From the NCBI GenBank assembly GCA_964234715.1, contig OZ174277.1: 64,000 nt of DNA, one strand, 5' to 3'. Source of the DNA: Podarcis melisellensis (taxonomy: Eukaryota). Of this stretch, positions 39,391 to 53,605 are shown one piece after another (the first letter of the stretch is position 1; every line of letters starts with the position of its first letter). The translations under genes were made by a program, and so were the position numbers. Below the pieces are notes generated by a model that was not told where the DNA came from, searched no databases, and worked only from the letters and a program-made list of their open reading frames with translations.

Positions 39391-39644
39391 AAGAAGAAGA
39401 AGAAGAGTTTGGATTTGATATCCCGCCTTTCACTCCCCTTCAGGAGTCTCAAAGTGGCTAACATTCTCCTTTCCCTTCCTCCCCAACAACAAACACTCTG
39501 TGAGGTGAGTGGGGCTGAGAGACTTCACAGAAGTGTGACTGGCCCAAGGTCACCCAGCAGCTGCATGTGGAGGAGCGGAGACGCGAACCCGGTTCCCCAG
39601 ATTAGGAGACTACCGCTCTTAACCACTACATCACACTGGCTCTC
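39391..39644 (-). mobile_element. Full-length tRNA-derived Squam3-like SINE
   Basis: - strand head GAGAGCCAGTGTGATGTAGTGGTTAAGAGC (A box), GGTTCGCGTCT (B box), (CTT)n tail, short agcag direct repeat. Confidence 0.85.
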
Positions 39645-41146
39645 AAGCAGGCCTTGGTTGGAGAGATTTGACACCTTTAGATCTGGGGACCCAAACCAGC
39701 TTGCAAAAGGAGCATCTATTGCCTTCTCCTGCTGCTCTTCACCAACAGCAACCTTGTTAACTGTCTGATCAGCTGTCCCTTATTTCTGCAATGATTTCTC
39801 CACCACCATTGCAAATGCCCACCATGCATGCACAATGAAAATCTGTCATGGAGCCCCAGAAATGTGGTCTGTGGTGGAGGACAAAGGGGAGGAATTACTA
39901 AGAAGAGGAAGAGAGTCACCATGGAGGATAAAGAAGAAATATGCAAAAGGGCCAGACTTGGAGAAAGGGCTGTTTGAACAATTCTGAAAGTAGGGGGATC
40001 TGTGTATCACATGAGTGGTTGATAGCTGTGGTGGGAATGAACCCTGGCAGTTACTCTTTACAAAACGAAGGTGAAACACCTGTACTTTGGGTAGTTCACA
40101 TGGCTGGGATATTGGGGCAAGTACTGTTGGGCACCGACAGATGCTGGACACTAGTCCTCTATCCTGGACCTGCTGCCCCCTCTCCATGGTGTTGCTCCCT
40201 CTTCACTTGTCCCCTCTAAGCTTAAGAGCAGTGGCAGGAGCAAAGAGAAGAAAGAGCATCCTTCAAGTGCCTTTTCTTTCCCTCTGAACATTTGTGTGGA
40301 TTGTGCCCAAGGAGCACAACAGAGGGCATCTTTCCCAAGAACAGCCTTCCCCAAGACACACACACACATGCCCCTGGAATGAGAACCGGGAATACCTCTA
40401 CTGAATAAATTGTGAATACTCAACAGAAGATCGGGGGCTTGTTGTGAGTTCAGCCCAACTGAGCTTGCTCACAAAAGCACCTCCCCATTGTGAATTTCCA
40501 TATGACCCATTGCAAAATAGATAGCTATTTCAAGGTGAGATCACAACCAAATAATTCTATGGGTTACTTGTTCACAAAAGCCATGGTAGGAAAATGGATC
40601 ATCAGGGTCTGCTCATGTAGTATGAATCATGGTGATGCAGACATGTCTAAAAGTATTGACTGAAAGTCTATTGCTTGCCAATCAGAAGTCTAAAGAAGGA
40701 GGACTGTCAAGGGCCCTGTGGGCTGGCAGTAAGGCCAGGTGCTAGAAGGGCTGACAGACCTTAGGTACATTGATTCTGACTGGGTACAAGGCAGTTCTTA
40801 AAATATATACAGTTCTAGAATGTTAAGCAATAGCAAACATTCTGTTGCTTCCAAAACTATGAAAGCATCTCCTCTTTTCTCAGCTATGGAATAAATATCA
40901 CAATGATACACAGACAAGGGCCTGGCCATGCAAGGTACATCTGGGAGCTCTCTAGTTTCCCAAAACCCAATTGGGTCTGATGATGTCTGGATTCATCATT
41001 CCATGACTCCCCAGCTAGGGAAGACAAATCAAAAAGAGTGGCACATCTTCCAGAAGCTACACATCAGTAAAGACTGTAATTTCAGAATTCATGTCATCTC
41101 CAGGAGGGATTCCCGAATCCAGAGATGACATCTCCACTGCTAGTCA

Positions 41147-41719
<573 letters not shown>

Positions 41720-42241
41720 TTACATTTAATCCTGTTCTTCGTCTTGCCCCCTCCATCCAAGCCCATAACTATATTCTACTGTGGTGCGAGCCTGTAAGAA
41801 AACCTACTGACTTTTAGTGTGATGTTTACAACATAGAATTTTTAGGGAGGGGGGAGATTCAGTGTTCAAAAGGTCAATAAGGGCAGGGCCACACATACAA
41901 GTCCCACTCCAAATGTCCCTAGGTATGTCTGCCTGTTCAGTCCCTGAATATCTCATGTTGACTGGGAGTTGTCTGCAGAAGTTTTATTCATGTTTGCTTG
42001 AAAATGAGCAGAACCCTCTGCATAATCAGGGACCTTGATAAAGTGCTTCTGTGCAAGGAAAATATCCCTGAATAGAGTCTTGTTGGCTTAAATGAGCCTA
42101 TTTTCCATATAAAAGCATTTCTCCAAAAAGAGAAAATAGGTAAGATTCACATAACTAGGCTTCCTTAAGCTGACCAGCAATAGTTTTGGGCAAAAAGCAT
42201 CGTTTTGACTGTTAGATAGCTTAGTGGAATTCATAGCTATC

Positions 42242-42297
42242 TCCTTCCTTCCTTCCTTCCTTCCTTCCTTCCTTCCTTCCTTCCTTCCTTCCTTCCT
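42242..42297. repeat. (TTCC)n microsatellite, OPRM1 intron 2
   Basis: Direct reading of the sequence. Confidence 0.95.
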
Positions 42298-43480
42298 GTT
42301 AGGAGCAAAAGAAAGTCGGAGATAATTTACTATTTAATAACAAAAAGTGTCGTTCACTGCTATTAGAAAAAATCATGTTAAATATCTTGCTTTTTCATTC
42401 CCTGTTATAAGTAGCTATCTAATTCTAAAATAATCTAAATATAAAAGTGTGCCTTTAAATCACAGTGCCACCACTTAAACCGGGTCTCCATCACTAAATG
42501 AACCACAACTTATATACATTAACTTGGGAGCAAGTCCCACTGGAATGGTCCGGCTTACTTTATAATAGACAAGATATAATCCCATTCTTAGCTGATTAGT
42601 TTATTGATTACCGGTAACAGCAAAACCTTATATGTACTTATGTAGATGTAATTCCCACTGTCTTCTAAGCGGATTACTCCCAGGAAAGTGGGTGCAGGAT
42701 TGTATCCTAAACTGCTTAGTTTCTATGGGTTACATAAAGAGAGACAGATTTAGCCAAAAAATAAAAATAAAATGTAGATGCACTACTTCTAAATGAGGCT
42801 CCCTTTATGCAACCATAATGTTCTTTGCAGCGTCTAGAAATTCTTCTTTCTACCCACATAATCACAGCTTGATGGAAGTGTGTGAAGAACCAAGAAACCT
42901 TCAACAACTCTATTTTGCATTGTACTTGTGGCCTGGCTTGTTCTTTGCCAGTGTGTCAGCCTCTGTTTTTAGGTAAACATTATTTCTCATTAGGTATTAA
43001 AATATCCCATTTTGATGCATTCCCAGTAATCACTGCTGTGACTCATGTTTTATGTATGTGTATACCAAATTTCGTACTTCTGGGTGTTCTGGAAGTACCT
43101 TAATGCTTAGGAGGGTATCATTCCTCTCTTTCTTGATATTAATTTGCAAATGTCCTCCCTTTAAGATCCACTTCCCATTTCCACAATCAGTGTGTCTCAA
43201 TGTGTGAACCAAATGTCAGAGTTCTCACTAGGGTAGAAGTATCGCCATTTGGGGGTGGATGCCTTTTGAGTCCCCCATTTGAGTGAGTGTGAGGTATAGA
43301 AAAGTCCCTTTTTCATTGTAAATTACATGTACTACTGAATTTTCTGACTTTTACTGGAACTGGAATTTAACCTAGAAATTTGATTTCTGCGTGAGTTTTT
43401 CTCTCTCCTTCATTCCCTGCCTTCCTGCCACTGCTGAAATAACTGAGCATCTGGAAATGGTGTGTGAAATCCTTACTCAC

Positions 43481-43833
43481 CATTGCTCTCTTTGGTGGTT
43501 GCCATCACCATAACTGGGATGCCGATGGCTGAAGAAACAATCCAGTTACAGACGTTGACAATTTTGGCATTTCTGGGGGTGCGGAAATCCAGAGCCTTGA
43601 CTGGGTGGCAAACTGCTATGTAGCGATCCACACTCATCGTGCAGAGAGTGAAAATACTTGTGAACATGTTGTAGTAATCTATGGAGATAACAATCTTACA
43701 AATGGCGGTACCAAACGGCCATGTTCCCAGGAGGTAATTCACACTTTGGAATGGCAGCGTACTTGTTGCCAAGGCATCCGCCAGGGCAAGGTTGAAAATA
43801 TAGATGTTGGTAGCAGTCTTCATTTTGGTATAT
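43481..43833 (-). CDS. OPRM1: OPRM1 exon 2 (TM2-TM4; [22 protein letters not shown]...IDYYNMF...DRY...ATTKESN)
   Basis: ttcttag|A TAT ... AAT G|gtgagt; 353 nt; Asp3.32 and DRY motifs intact. Confidence 0.98.
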
Positions 43834-46699
43834 CTAAGAAAGTCAACAAAGCAGAGGAATGAAAAGCTATAACAAGATCAAACACAATTATAACCAGACT
43901 AATGTCTGATTTGAGGACTAGGGATTAAGAATAACGTATTTTTGTGCCTTGGTCCAGCAATATGGTACAGAAAGAATTTTCGGGGGGGGGGGGACTCAGT
44001 ATCCAGTTTATCTGTAGATATTTTATCTCTAATTCCTATTTTTCTCCTTGATCTTGATGAGAAGCGTGCTATTTCCCTCCACCTGTTCTAGTAGTAGAAA
44101 TATAAACATTTCTCACATATTATACACATAATTAGATAAATAATTTTATGTACATATTTTGTACCTATACATTCTGGGTTTCGTACAGGAACAAGCACAT
44201 AAACAGATACATGCAATAATTCTATATAACTGTATATAAACACTTATTTATTAATACTTATAAAACAATGTTCTTACAGAGAGGAGAGCACAACTCTCCA
44301 TCATACCATTGGAAAGCTATTCTAGGCAGGGCGAGAATGCCCCTCCTGTATTGGAGTTTTGCTCTGTCCTGTTCTTCTTGTGGGCCACTTAATTGAGGTG
44401 GTGAGCAAGGTGGCTATTTCACAGCATCTTACCCAATGAGAACCAAAGTGATTTTAGATCTCGTCTATGGACACAGCCCCAAAGCTCTGCTTCACTCATT
44501 GTAGCTGGGATGCTCTTAAGTATCAATGGCATAAACTCCTGTTTGTGCCACAACAGTTAAGCAGTCCCATAGGACAAGGCTGCCCGTTCCACTGAACAGA
44601 ATTCAACTGAGGTACTTGGGTTTAACTGCCCTGTATGCTGCCAAAGAGCAACAAAAAAATGTCTACCACAAAGTGTCGTTGAGCCCAACTCAAAGGGCAA
44701 AGGGGTCTGCAAGAAAGGCACGTGATGCCTGTGTTTTGAGATATCTAAGAGAGATCAAGAGCAGGAAGGCATGGCTTAAGCAGAGATGTACTCTGGCTGG
44801 TTGCATAAATTCGCTTTATGTGCTTCCTGTCCTGCACCTGGAAATAGTCACATGGATTTTGCACAGCTTTAGCATCCACACAGGGCTCTTTATATGTAAA
44901 GAGACTGAAAAATAAAATGAGTATTAAAGAAAATACACTAACTCATAACCTGGTTAGCACAACCCTTGTCCAGAGCCTTTATCAATAGCCTTAAAGGAGG
45001 GGGGGGGATGTCCTCACTGAGGACATTCCCCTTCTCAGACCTGAGATCAGCATGAAGATAGTAGGGCTGTGTGAGCATAAGGACAGCTCTTTTTCAAGCT
45101 AGGGCTCTGATGCTGACTCAATCCCATCTAAATCCCATTTTTGAAAGAAACCCCTTTCTCTATCTCCCTAAATTTATGGTGCCTTTTTGCATATGTGCTC
45201 CTGCTGTGGCAGAATATCTTGGAGCTTATTCCTTTAAGTCACTAGAATTAAATTATAGGTCGCCCCACTTGGCTATGCTACCTGCCTGATATTCAAAGCT
45301 GCAATCCTATCCCTGTGACTAGTTATTTGCTAAGCCAAACAGGCCAGACCCTGTTACTCCTGACTTATACTGTATGCACACACGATTCATAAACCAACAT
45401 GAATTCATAAACTGTGCTAATGATATTCCTGAGGAAAAGAAGCAGGCGTACCAATGATTCTCTGGAAAGGTCTCTTCTATCTGATGCTGCAGTACTGGTA
45501 CCCATTATAAACTGCTGCCCTGGGCAACCATCTATGTAGCTATTGGGAAATCTGGTTAAGAAATATGTGCTGTCTCAAATTTTACATTTTTATTAACCTC
45601 CTTCTTCATTTTCTCCCTATTACAGTTTATATTCTTAGGTTAGGCCATGTTGCATTTTGTCCTATCTTTATGATGAAGTTGTCTCATTTTTCCACACCTA
45701 TAAAGAATAGCATATTTTTCCATTTAGGAAAGATGATTTCCTGTTTGCGAGGGCAGTGTTTACATTGCTCCTTTATTGTTACCGAGTGAGAATAGGACAG
45801 ATAAGGAGATGGAATATGTAATACCCACCTCCAGAGTTTTTCTATGATTAAAGTTATTTTCGCTTTGACACTTTCTCATAATTTTGTTTCATGGTTTTTA
45901 TTACATATTTATGACAGGAGCCAAAGCTAAATGAAAAAAGAGGCGATACCAAGCATTTTATTTGTATTTCTTTATTGCAATCCTAGCAGTACAACTCGAG
46001 ATACTTGGCAGAAGATCTATTATTTTCCTTCCAATATAAACTCATAAGATGCTCCCAATTCTCTTTTATTTGCCATCCCCAGATGGCTGCTAATATCTTT
46101 TCCAAATGAAATTTCTCTTAAGCAACGTTAACATTCAGGTACATAGGCAACGCCAGCAAATGGCTGTGCTAAGGCTTTTGACCATTAAGGGCAGAATTAC
46201 ACTTAGTAGGGCTTGGAAGCCAGGATGGATTGAGAAGTCCTGCTGCAACTGAAACCTTTAAGAGATGTCACTAGTCAATGTAGGCAGTCAGGATGAGTCA
46301 GGAGATTTACTGGCTACAGTATGGTCTGTGTTTGTATTCCATGCTAAAAAATCAATCTACAACAAGATCTGTATAAATGATGCACACTAGTTTATATTTT
46401 CTTATCTTGTATCATCTTTTTTGCTTCTTCTACCCATTTTGAGGGGCAAAGATCTAGACAGGCATTGAAGGTTCACCCTTAGCTACTAAAAGTGTTGCTT
46501 CACCCCTTCCAACATCCGAGACTGACAGCACAATTCTCTTCATGCTATTTAGAAGGAAGCCCCACTGAATTAAATGGGGTGCCTCACAGGTGTGAGTATA
46601 GAATGGAATTGCCCACTCGGTTTCTCACTGTGCAGCTCAGAAGGCTTAAACATTACATTTTAAAAGGGAGGGGTGGAGTAGTAGTAGTAATAGTAGTAA

Positions 46700-46700
<1 letters not shown>

Positions 46701-46747
<47 letters not shown>
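46701..46747. repeat. (TTG)n microsatellite, OPRM1 intron 1
   Basis: Direct reading of the sequence; explains the poly-Cys and poly-Thr ORFs. Confidence 0.95.
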
Positions 46748-49700
46748 ATCTGCCTGGGTTTCCTCAGCCACTCTTCTAACCCTAGAAGGGAATTTCTCAA
46801 GGATGCCAGATCTTGGACATTATTTGGCATTGAACCCCAACTTCTTGAATTTTTAATATTGTCACTTTTTTGCATTTGAAAATGTTGCAATATAATAGAC
46901 ACCCCTGGTTCTACTGCTGTGGAATCTCTGCATGTTTACCTGTGAAAGGTGTGCAAAACACTATCCTACTCCATTTCTTTCCATCTCGTTGCTGTAGCTC
47001 TGACCTTGGTCATTGGGCAGCTGATCATATGAGACAAAGAGTGCCTTTTGGTTTGGGTATCAATTACAACAAGACATCAAGGAGCACCTGTCCCAGTTTT
47101 GCAAAACTAGTGCCTAGAATAGTGCTTCCCAAACTCGGGTCCTCAGCTTTTTTTGGACTACATTGTGAGATAAAACATCCCTGCATAGACTAGAGCCTTT
47201 GCCACAATAGCTTAGAATTACCTCCCCAAGGAGGTCAGAATCCACTCTTCCCTCACAGCCATCTTGGAGAGACTGCAAAATCAGGGAGGTTTTTTGGCTG
47301 CTGCAGCAATTGGTAGGTTGCCCAGATTTCAGCTCACAATCATTGAGTTTTGATTTGTATTTTACTTTGCGTGTTTTGTGTTTAATTATTGTTTTAAAAA
47401 TGCTTTCTTACATTTTCTTTGAGCTGTGTGAAAGTACTATACAAATATTTTAAATAAACTGACAATTCATTTTCTACCTTAGCAGCAGACTAAGAAAACC
47501 AAATATTTCATCTGAAAGAAAATCGCTCAGAGATGTTATTTTTAACTATACATGTTTTAAATGGTGCTTTTAGCAAACTTTACTGAAGACAATATGACTG
47601 ATTACATCCATAGCAACTAATGCAACATTCCAGTGTTTCTCAGTACGCAGCACTGCCTGGTCCACTTCATATGTGTAAAAGGCTGCTATCATTTTGACTG
47701 AAAGCTCCATCCTAAAAATACTCATTGGAAACGGACTGCATAGCCCCCAATGCAGCTGTTCAAACACTTTGATTCTACTTCTGTTTAGATCTAGCTCATG
47801 GCCTCTCTTATATCATGGTCTCTTGACCCTCCCATACAGCAAACAGGCTTATGGGGTGGGGTGGGGGTACACTTGGCATTGATGACAGCTTCCCTCCAAA
47901 GCCTAGATAAATGTTTATTACAATGAAAAAACCCGCAATCCCTGGCCACCTCACCGTGCTAAAGTAAGCTCAAAAATGCACCCCCATCCAATTTCTAAAG
48001 CATTTCTAATGTGCCTTGAAGATGGGGCATTAAAACCGAAGCCTCCTTTTCAGAGGAAGAAAGCTTCTGAGAAACCGAAGGACAATTTTTTGGCACCAAC
48101 ACTAGACATGACAAGAGAGCATGCAAATCATTTGCTTTGTGCTTGAGATCATTTTAATGGATTTGCAAAGGCAACATATTGCATCCAGATGAATGTTCCT
48201 GGCAGAACTATTTCCAGGCCTCTTGATATCGTACGGCTCTGACATTCTGGTTTCTTTTTCAGGTCTTTGTTTACAGATCACAATAACTGTGCAGTCTCAA
48301 ACAAAGAATGTCTCTAGGGAACAGGCCCAAGTTCACCTAGTATTTAAATGCCAAGAAGGTAAATGGAAAGATCAAACAATCCCTCCGTCTGTTAGGGTAA
48401 AAGAAGTGCTGGCCCTCAAACTCTGTTATCAGGTCATATAATCAAAGTATGCAAATACTTTTGCAAAGCTTATACAAAGAAAGCTACCTGCTCTCCTGGA
48501 AGGGTGTGTGTGGATCAACCAGGCCAGGTTCAAGGTTAATGTACTAAGCCCTGAATAACCTAGGCCCAGAAAACCTTAATGACCTCTTTACCCTGTATAC
48601 CCCAATTCAATATCACTGAAGGGGAAATCAACATTTTGGGCGTTGATCTATGGAACTCCCTCTCACAATAAGTTAGATAAGCACCACCCCTACTGAGTTT
48701 CAGGTGCCTGGCCAAAATGGCCGCTGACCTCACTATGAGTGGCGGTTGTGGCCCACCGCAGCACCTCCACTTTGCCCCACTGCACCGTGACATTTTCCTG
48801 GCTGTTATCATGTCTCCTCGGCCGCCGCAGAGGCTCATGGGTTCCCACCAGGCCCACTATTCAAACTGGCCAGTCTGTGGCAGCCAAGGGGGCATGGCTA
48901 GGGGAGCAGAACTGGAGCAAGCAGGGGGCAATGTGGCCCTTTATCTGAAGAAGGTTCCCCACTCCTGATCAAGAACAGAAGAAGTGTCTCTCAGGATTCA
49001 ACCAAAGGCTTATTGTATCTGTTCACAGTAGCCCATCAGATATGAAGCTCATGAGTAGAAGATGAGATCAATAGTCTTTCTCCACTGTTGTTTCACTGTA
49101 AGTAGCACGGAGTGGTATGCTGAATATGAACCGGGAGGTGGTTTAGCCATTGTGATGGTATAGCCTTGTCCTTCATGAATTTGTCTAATCCCCCTTTAAA
49201 GTTATCTCAATTGGTGGCCATTAGCACATCAGTAAATACCACCATTTAACAATGCCCTGAGCAAATTCCAGCCCATGATTTAGGGAGGCTGACTGGACTT
49301 GTATGCTCTTCTTTCTCAGATGTTCTGAGCAGTCTTGGATTAAACAAATCCTTTCAGTCATTGTATTAACCTAAAATAATTGCCTGTGTGGATCTAAAAT
49401 AATCTACCAGAATGGAAGCATTCTGCTTATACTTCCTTCCATGCAGGGTCCTCACACTGTGCAATTTTCAGGCAGGGTGGTCTTTGTATAGCTGCAGACA
49501 TAAATTGGGATACCCAATTTCTACCTGTTGCAATAATGACTTAATTCTTTGCATTGCGGCGGCAGGGAATGTAATCAAACATGACTCATAATCAAAATTT
49601 CAGGAAGTGAAAAACACTTTGGGGACTGTAACTCTATCCACGTTTATGCAGACACAAGGCTTACTCAAATCCAGTCAATGGCAGTAAAAAGTGTTTCTTC

Positions 49701-52700
49701 TGATTGACAGTCTTTACGTCTAACATGCCATTATTATTCTATAGAACTGCTCACAGTACCAAGAGAAAGTGAGTTCCCCATGGTCATTCATACTCAAAGT
49801 ACACATGATACTTGTATGTCTCATGTTCCTCCACTTGATCTGCATTTTCTTTTCTTAAAAAGTAAAAAGCAGTTGTGGGAGACTGGTATTTTTATCAGAG
49901 CACCAACAAAAAGGGGATTATCCATTCTGCTTCACTTTTACCTCTCCTTATGCCACTTTCCCCAACCTCATGTTGATTTTCTCTCCAGAATGGGAGACCT
50001 GCAGGTCCCAATATATTTGTTCCCACAGGTGCTACTGGGGTGGGAATCAATGATGAAACGTTTAAAAAGTAGGAGTTATATAGTCACCTACTCAAGATTG
50101 TCTCTCCCAGCAGATACTTTGCTTTATTTCTTTTTTTAAAAAAAGGAACAATGTCTGTATTATGCATTGTCACACTATCCCTGCTGTACTTTTTAAATGT
50201 TCTGTAAAAACAATAAAAAATTAGATTTACAAAAAATAGGGGGGGATGTTACTTGTGAATGAGTATCACATGTAATTTGAGCCTTAGAGAACATCATAGC
50301 CAAGTATATACTGAAATGCAAGTTCCTCACACCAAAATTCATCTACTCTTTCCTATAGACCTAAAAAGGATGGTTTTTTGTATGTTCAGTATGTGAGGTT
50401 GCTGCTGATGTGCTTCTCAAGGAGCCTCCTAGAATTCAAATCCACTGCCTTCAATGAAAATGTTGCTCTTGGTCATTGTGGGGTACGGAGTGGGAAACCA
50501 TTCATCAGCTCAAATACACACCCACACCTATATATATATATATATATATAATTTCTATTCTACCCTTCCTCCAAAGACCTTTTGGTAGCTCACAATTTTT
50601 TTTTCTATTTTATTGTCATAACAAGGCCAACTAGTTACCTCAATGGCTGAGTGGAGATTTGAATTGGATCTCCCTGGCACTAATCAGGCACTCTAACCAC
50701 TGTTGAAAAAGCAATTAAGTCATTATGCAATGATGAGAAGGAAGGAAATGCATTTGAATAATTAGTCTTATAGCAGTGTGGGACTGTGGATTCGACTCCT
50801 GGAGGTTCAGTGGGAGCCCCATACATGCTGTCCTGAGTCCCATAAAGGAAGAACAGGAGATAAACGAAAGAGCAGTGACATTCTAAATGCGTCTACGAAG
50901 AAGTAAGCCAACTGAGTCAAGTAGGGCTTACTCCCAGGCAGATGGAAATAGCATTGCAAAGAGACAGAGAGAGCAGATTTCTTATTGCTGCTGCTGAAAT
51001 AAACAGCAGATGTTGCTGAAATAAACAGTAGATAATCATTGTCAAAAGTGGTGTTGCTTCTCAGTCACAATCCCTACTTGTGCAACCTGAGTTAGCTCAG
51101 TTCTTAACCAAATGATCAAATAATAATAATAAAAAAAGCAATACAAGTCAGCCTGCAAGGAGTTCATAGCGCTGTATAAACAACATGCACCACTCCTTCC
51201 CGCTAAGAGAAGACATAGGTGGTGAATGCAGGGCTGGTGTCCAGTGTTGGCATGGCTGGACAGCTGCTGAGGGTGACCCAGCAAAGAGTTCCCTAACAAG
51301 AGCTTCCCTGGACCTGTTCCTCTTCCTGTTTGATCACTCACCTCTCTGGTTCAACCAATGGTGGTGGTGGGGAGGAGCAGTCGATGCCACTGCCTGCTTG
51401 CCCATTGGCTCTCTGCCTGGCAAGCAAGCGGGTCATCACAATGATGAAGAGGATGGGGAGAGCAGTAGGAGAAGCTGGTGATTATGATGGTGATAAGGTA
51501 GGCCCTCTGAGTACTGGGGGAGAGCACAGGGCATGTCTTGCCTAAGGGCCCTCTAGAACCCGAAGGGTGATGCTGGTGTTATGCAGTTAAAACTAGGCCA
51601 TTGAGAGAAAAAGAGGGTGGTATAAGTAAGCTTTGGAAAACTCTGAGGTTTGTTGAAATAGCATGTCAACACACGGACCCAAGGGTTGGGGGGACACACA
51701 CCCCAACAAAAAGAAATGAAATTCAGTTGCCAATGAATTTTGAGCGTCAGCTAGAAAAAAGAGGCTGACTTCAGCTGCTTATTGCTTATATAGTTTCCCA
51801 GGGAAGTAAGTTAAGGGAACTTTTGAGAGGGGTACACTGCAAGATTTTGTTACAGGTACTACTAAATCTTAAAATATGACTGAATACCTTTATTACTTGC
51901 AAATTAAGATTTTGCTTCTTTAGGCTTCTGTCCACCACAGGTGCAATTTTTCAGATAAATAAACTGGTTTCCGCCCCCCCTTCCAATGTTGTCTCAGAAG
52001 CAGCCGTTTCCACCTGTTGTTATCAATCGTTTCAATAGATGGTGCTGTGTTCTTTTAGATATTGATTGTAATCTCGTTTCTCCTAAATGTTAGCCGGGTG
52101 CTAGGAGCAAATTTGATTGCTGTCCTACCTGGCATTCATTAAAGAAATCTAATTTCACAAAGGCAACAAGAAATCCCATTCCACATACAGAAGTGTTGTG
52201 CCCCCGCCCCCTTAAGATGGGCAACAAATCTCTTTGCAGTAAACTTGCATCTGACAGAAGTATTTCTGTGGAAGAATATTGCACAACATTTCTTTGGAAG
52301 AGGAGCTTACTTGCTCAGAAAATGCAAACCTTTAAAGGGGGGGGGGCGTTCAGATATTTTCATAACTGAAATAAAGAGGGAACATTTTGGTATGAAAGTC
52401 AGTAGGAGGGGGGATAAATTCTGTTATTTTCCCCCGAAAGGATTGTTGGTATTCATCTCTTTATATATAAGTGATTTATTAGCTGGGAGGCTGGCAAAAG
52501 GGTACAGACATGCATTTCTAAGACAGCAAACCTGACCATAGAGGCACTGCTTTTGAGCCACTTGAGAAGGGGTTATTGTTTTGTTCTTTTCTCTCTCCCT
52601 GGATATAGGAAGAGCTATGATCCAAAGTTTTTTTCCTATCTAATACATATATTAAACTCTTCACCCGTAAAAATTCATATTGTCACTCAAGAATAATTTC

Positions 52701-53288
52701 TTCTTTTTTTAAAAAATAAAGTCTTCTTATCACCTAACTACCACTCCAACTCCAAACCAATTTACTTGCACAATCAGACATGCTCCCTGTTACAACTTTC
52801 TTTTTCCAGTTACACACTTCTTCTTGCTGCCAGTACAGAGTCTTCAGAACTGCCATGCATATCAGTCCTTAGGCATCAAAACAAGAGGCAATGACTGCAT
52901 CTCTTTTCAACAGGATTCCCCACCACCAAAGTCCCACGAATACAGTTCCTCCTGAGGGAAGAGGCATGAACATGGTGGCAGTGGTAAGCATAGCCAGGGG
53001 TTGGGGAAGGCAGCTTTTGGGTTCTCAAGGGCACACGTATGTTCTCCAGGTCTTTCCTCACCAAGGAAAAAGAACTGCATTTCTCCTGGCTGCACTTTCT
53101 TGAAGGAGCACCCTGAAAACGACCAGGGAACCATCTCCCTTTCCAGTCTCCATGATGGGGTGGTGGGGAGAGCCATCGCCCCGAAAGTTGCCTCCAGCCC
53201 CCCCCCCCTCCTTGCCTGTTTGCATGAATGGCCCTTTCGTTGGAACGCACCCCGCCACCGCCTCTCCGCAAGACCCGCTTCCTCTTAC

Positions 53289-53503
53289 CGGATGATGACA
53301 TACATGACCAAGAAGTTGCCGAAGAGTCCCACCACGCACACGACGGAGTAGAGAACCATGATGACGATGGCCGTGACCATGGAAGGGCTGACCCCGTGGG
53401 CAGAGCACAGGCTGCCTCCACTTGCCTCCAGGCTGCTGTTGGGGCCGCCGCACAACAGCTGGGTGCTGTTGGGCTCGCTCAGGTTCCAGGGTTCGCCCCC
53501 CAT
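53289..53503 (-). CDS. OPRM1: OPRM1 exon 1 coding part ([14 protein letters not shown]...[22 protein letters not shown])
   Basis: First ATG has strong Kozak context (ACCATGG) at 53503; TM1 matches MOR; donor CG|gtaaga. The start position is less certain than the exon itself. Confidence 0.9.
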
Positions 53504-53584
53504 GGTCCCGGAGAGGACTTCTCCCGGCCAGCGGCCGCCCGACCTCAGCAGAGGCTCCAAGGGGCTGCAGGCGCTGGCGGCCAG

Positions 53585-53605
53585 GGAGCTGTCCTTGGTG
53601 CTGAC
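53585..53605 (-). promoter_or_regulatory. RE1/NRSE (REST/NRSF binding site) in the OPRM1 5' leader
   Basis: - strand GTCAGCACCAAGGACAGCTCC vs consensus TTCAGCACCACGGACAGCGCC (18/21). Mammalian OPRM1 has a known NRSE over its start codon. Confidence 0.88.

Noticed and set aside
39570-39644. tRNA gene-like A/B boxes (also near 57030 and 30610)
   Set aside because: These are SINE heads continuing into SINE bodies and tails; no complete cloverleaf.
53285-53560. ORF-track start at TTG (MEPLLRSGG...) as the OPRM1 start, or OPRM1 as a pseudogene
   Set aside because: TTG start calling is a prokaryotic convention. A strong-Kozak ATG exists at 53503, and all four exons, splice sites and GPCR motifs are intact.
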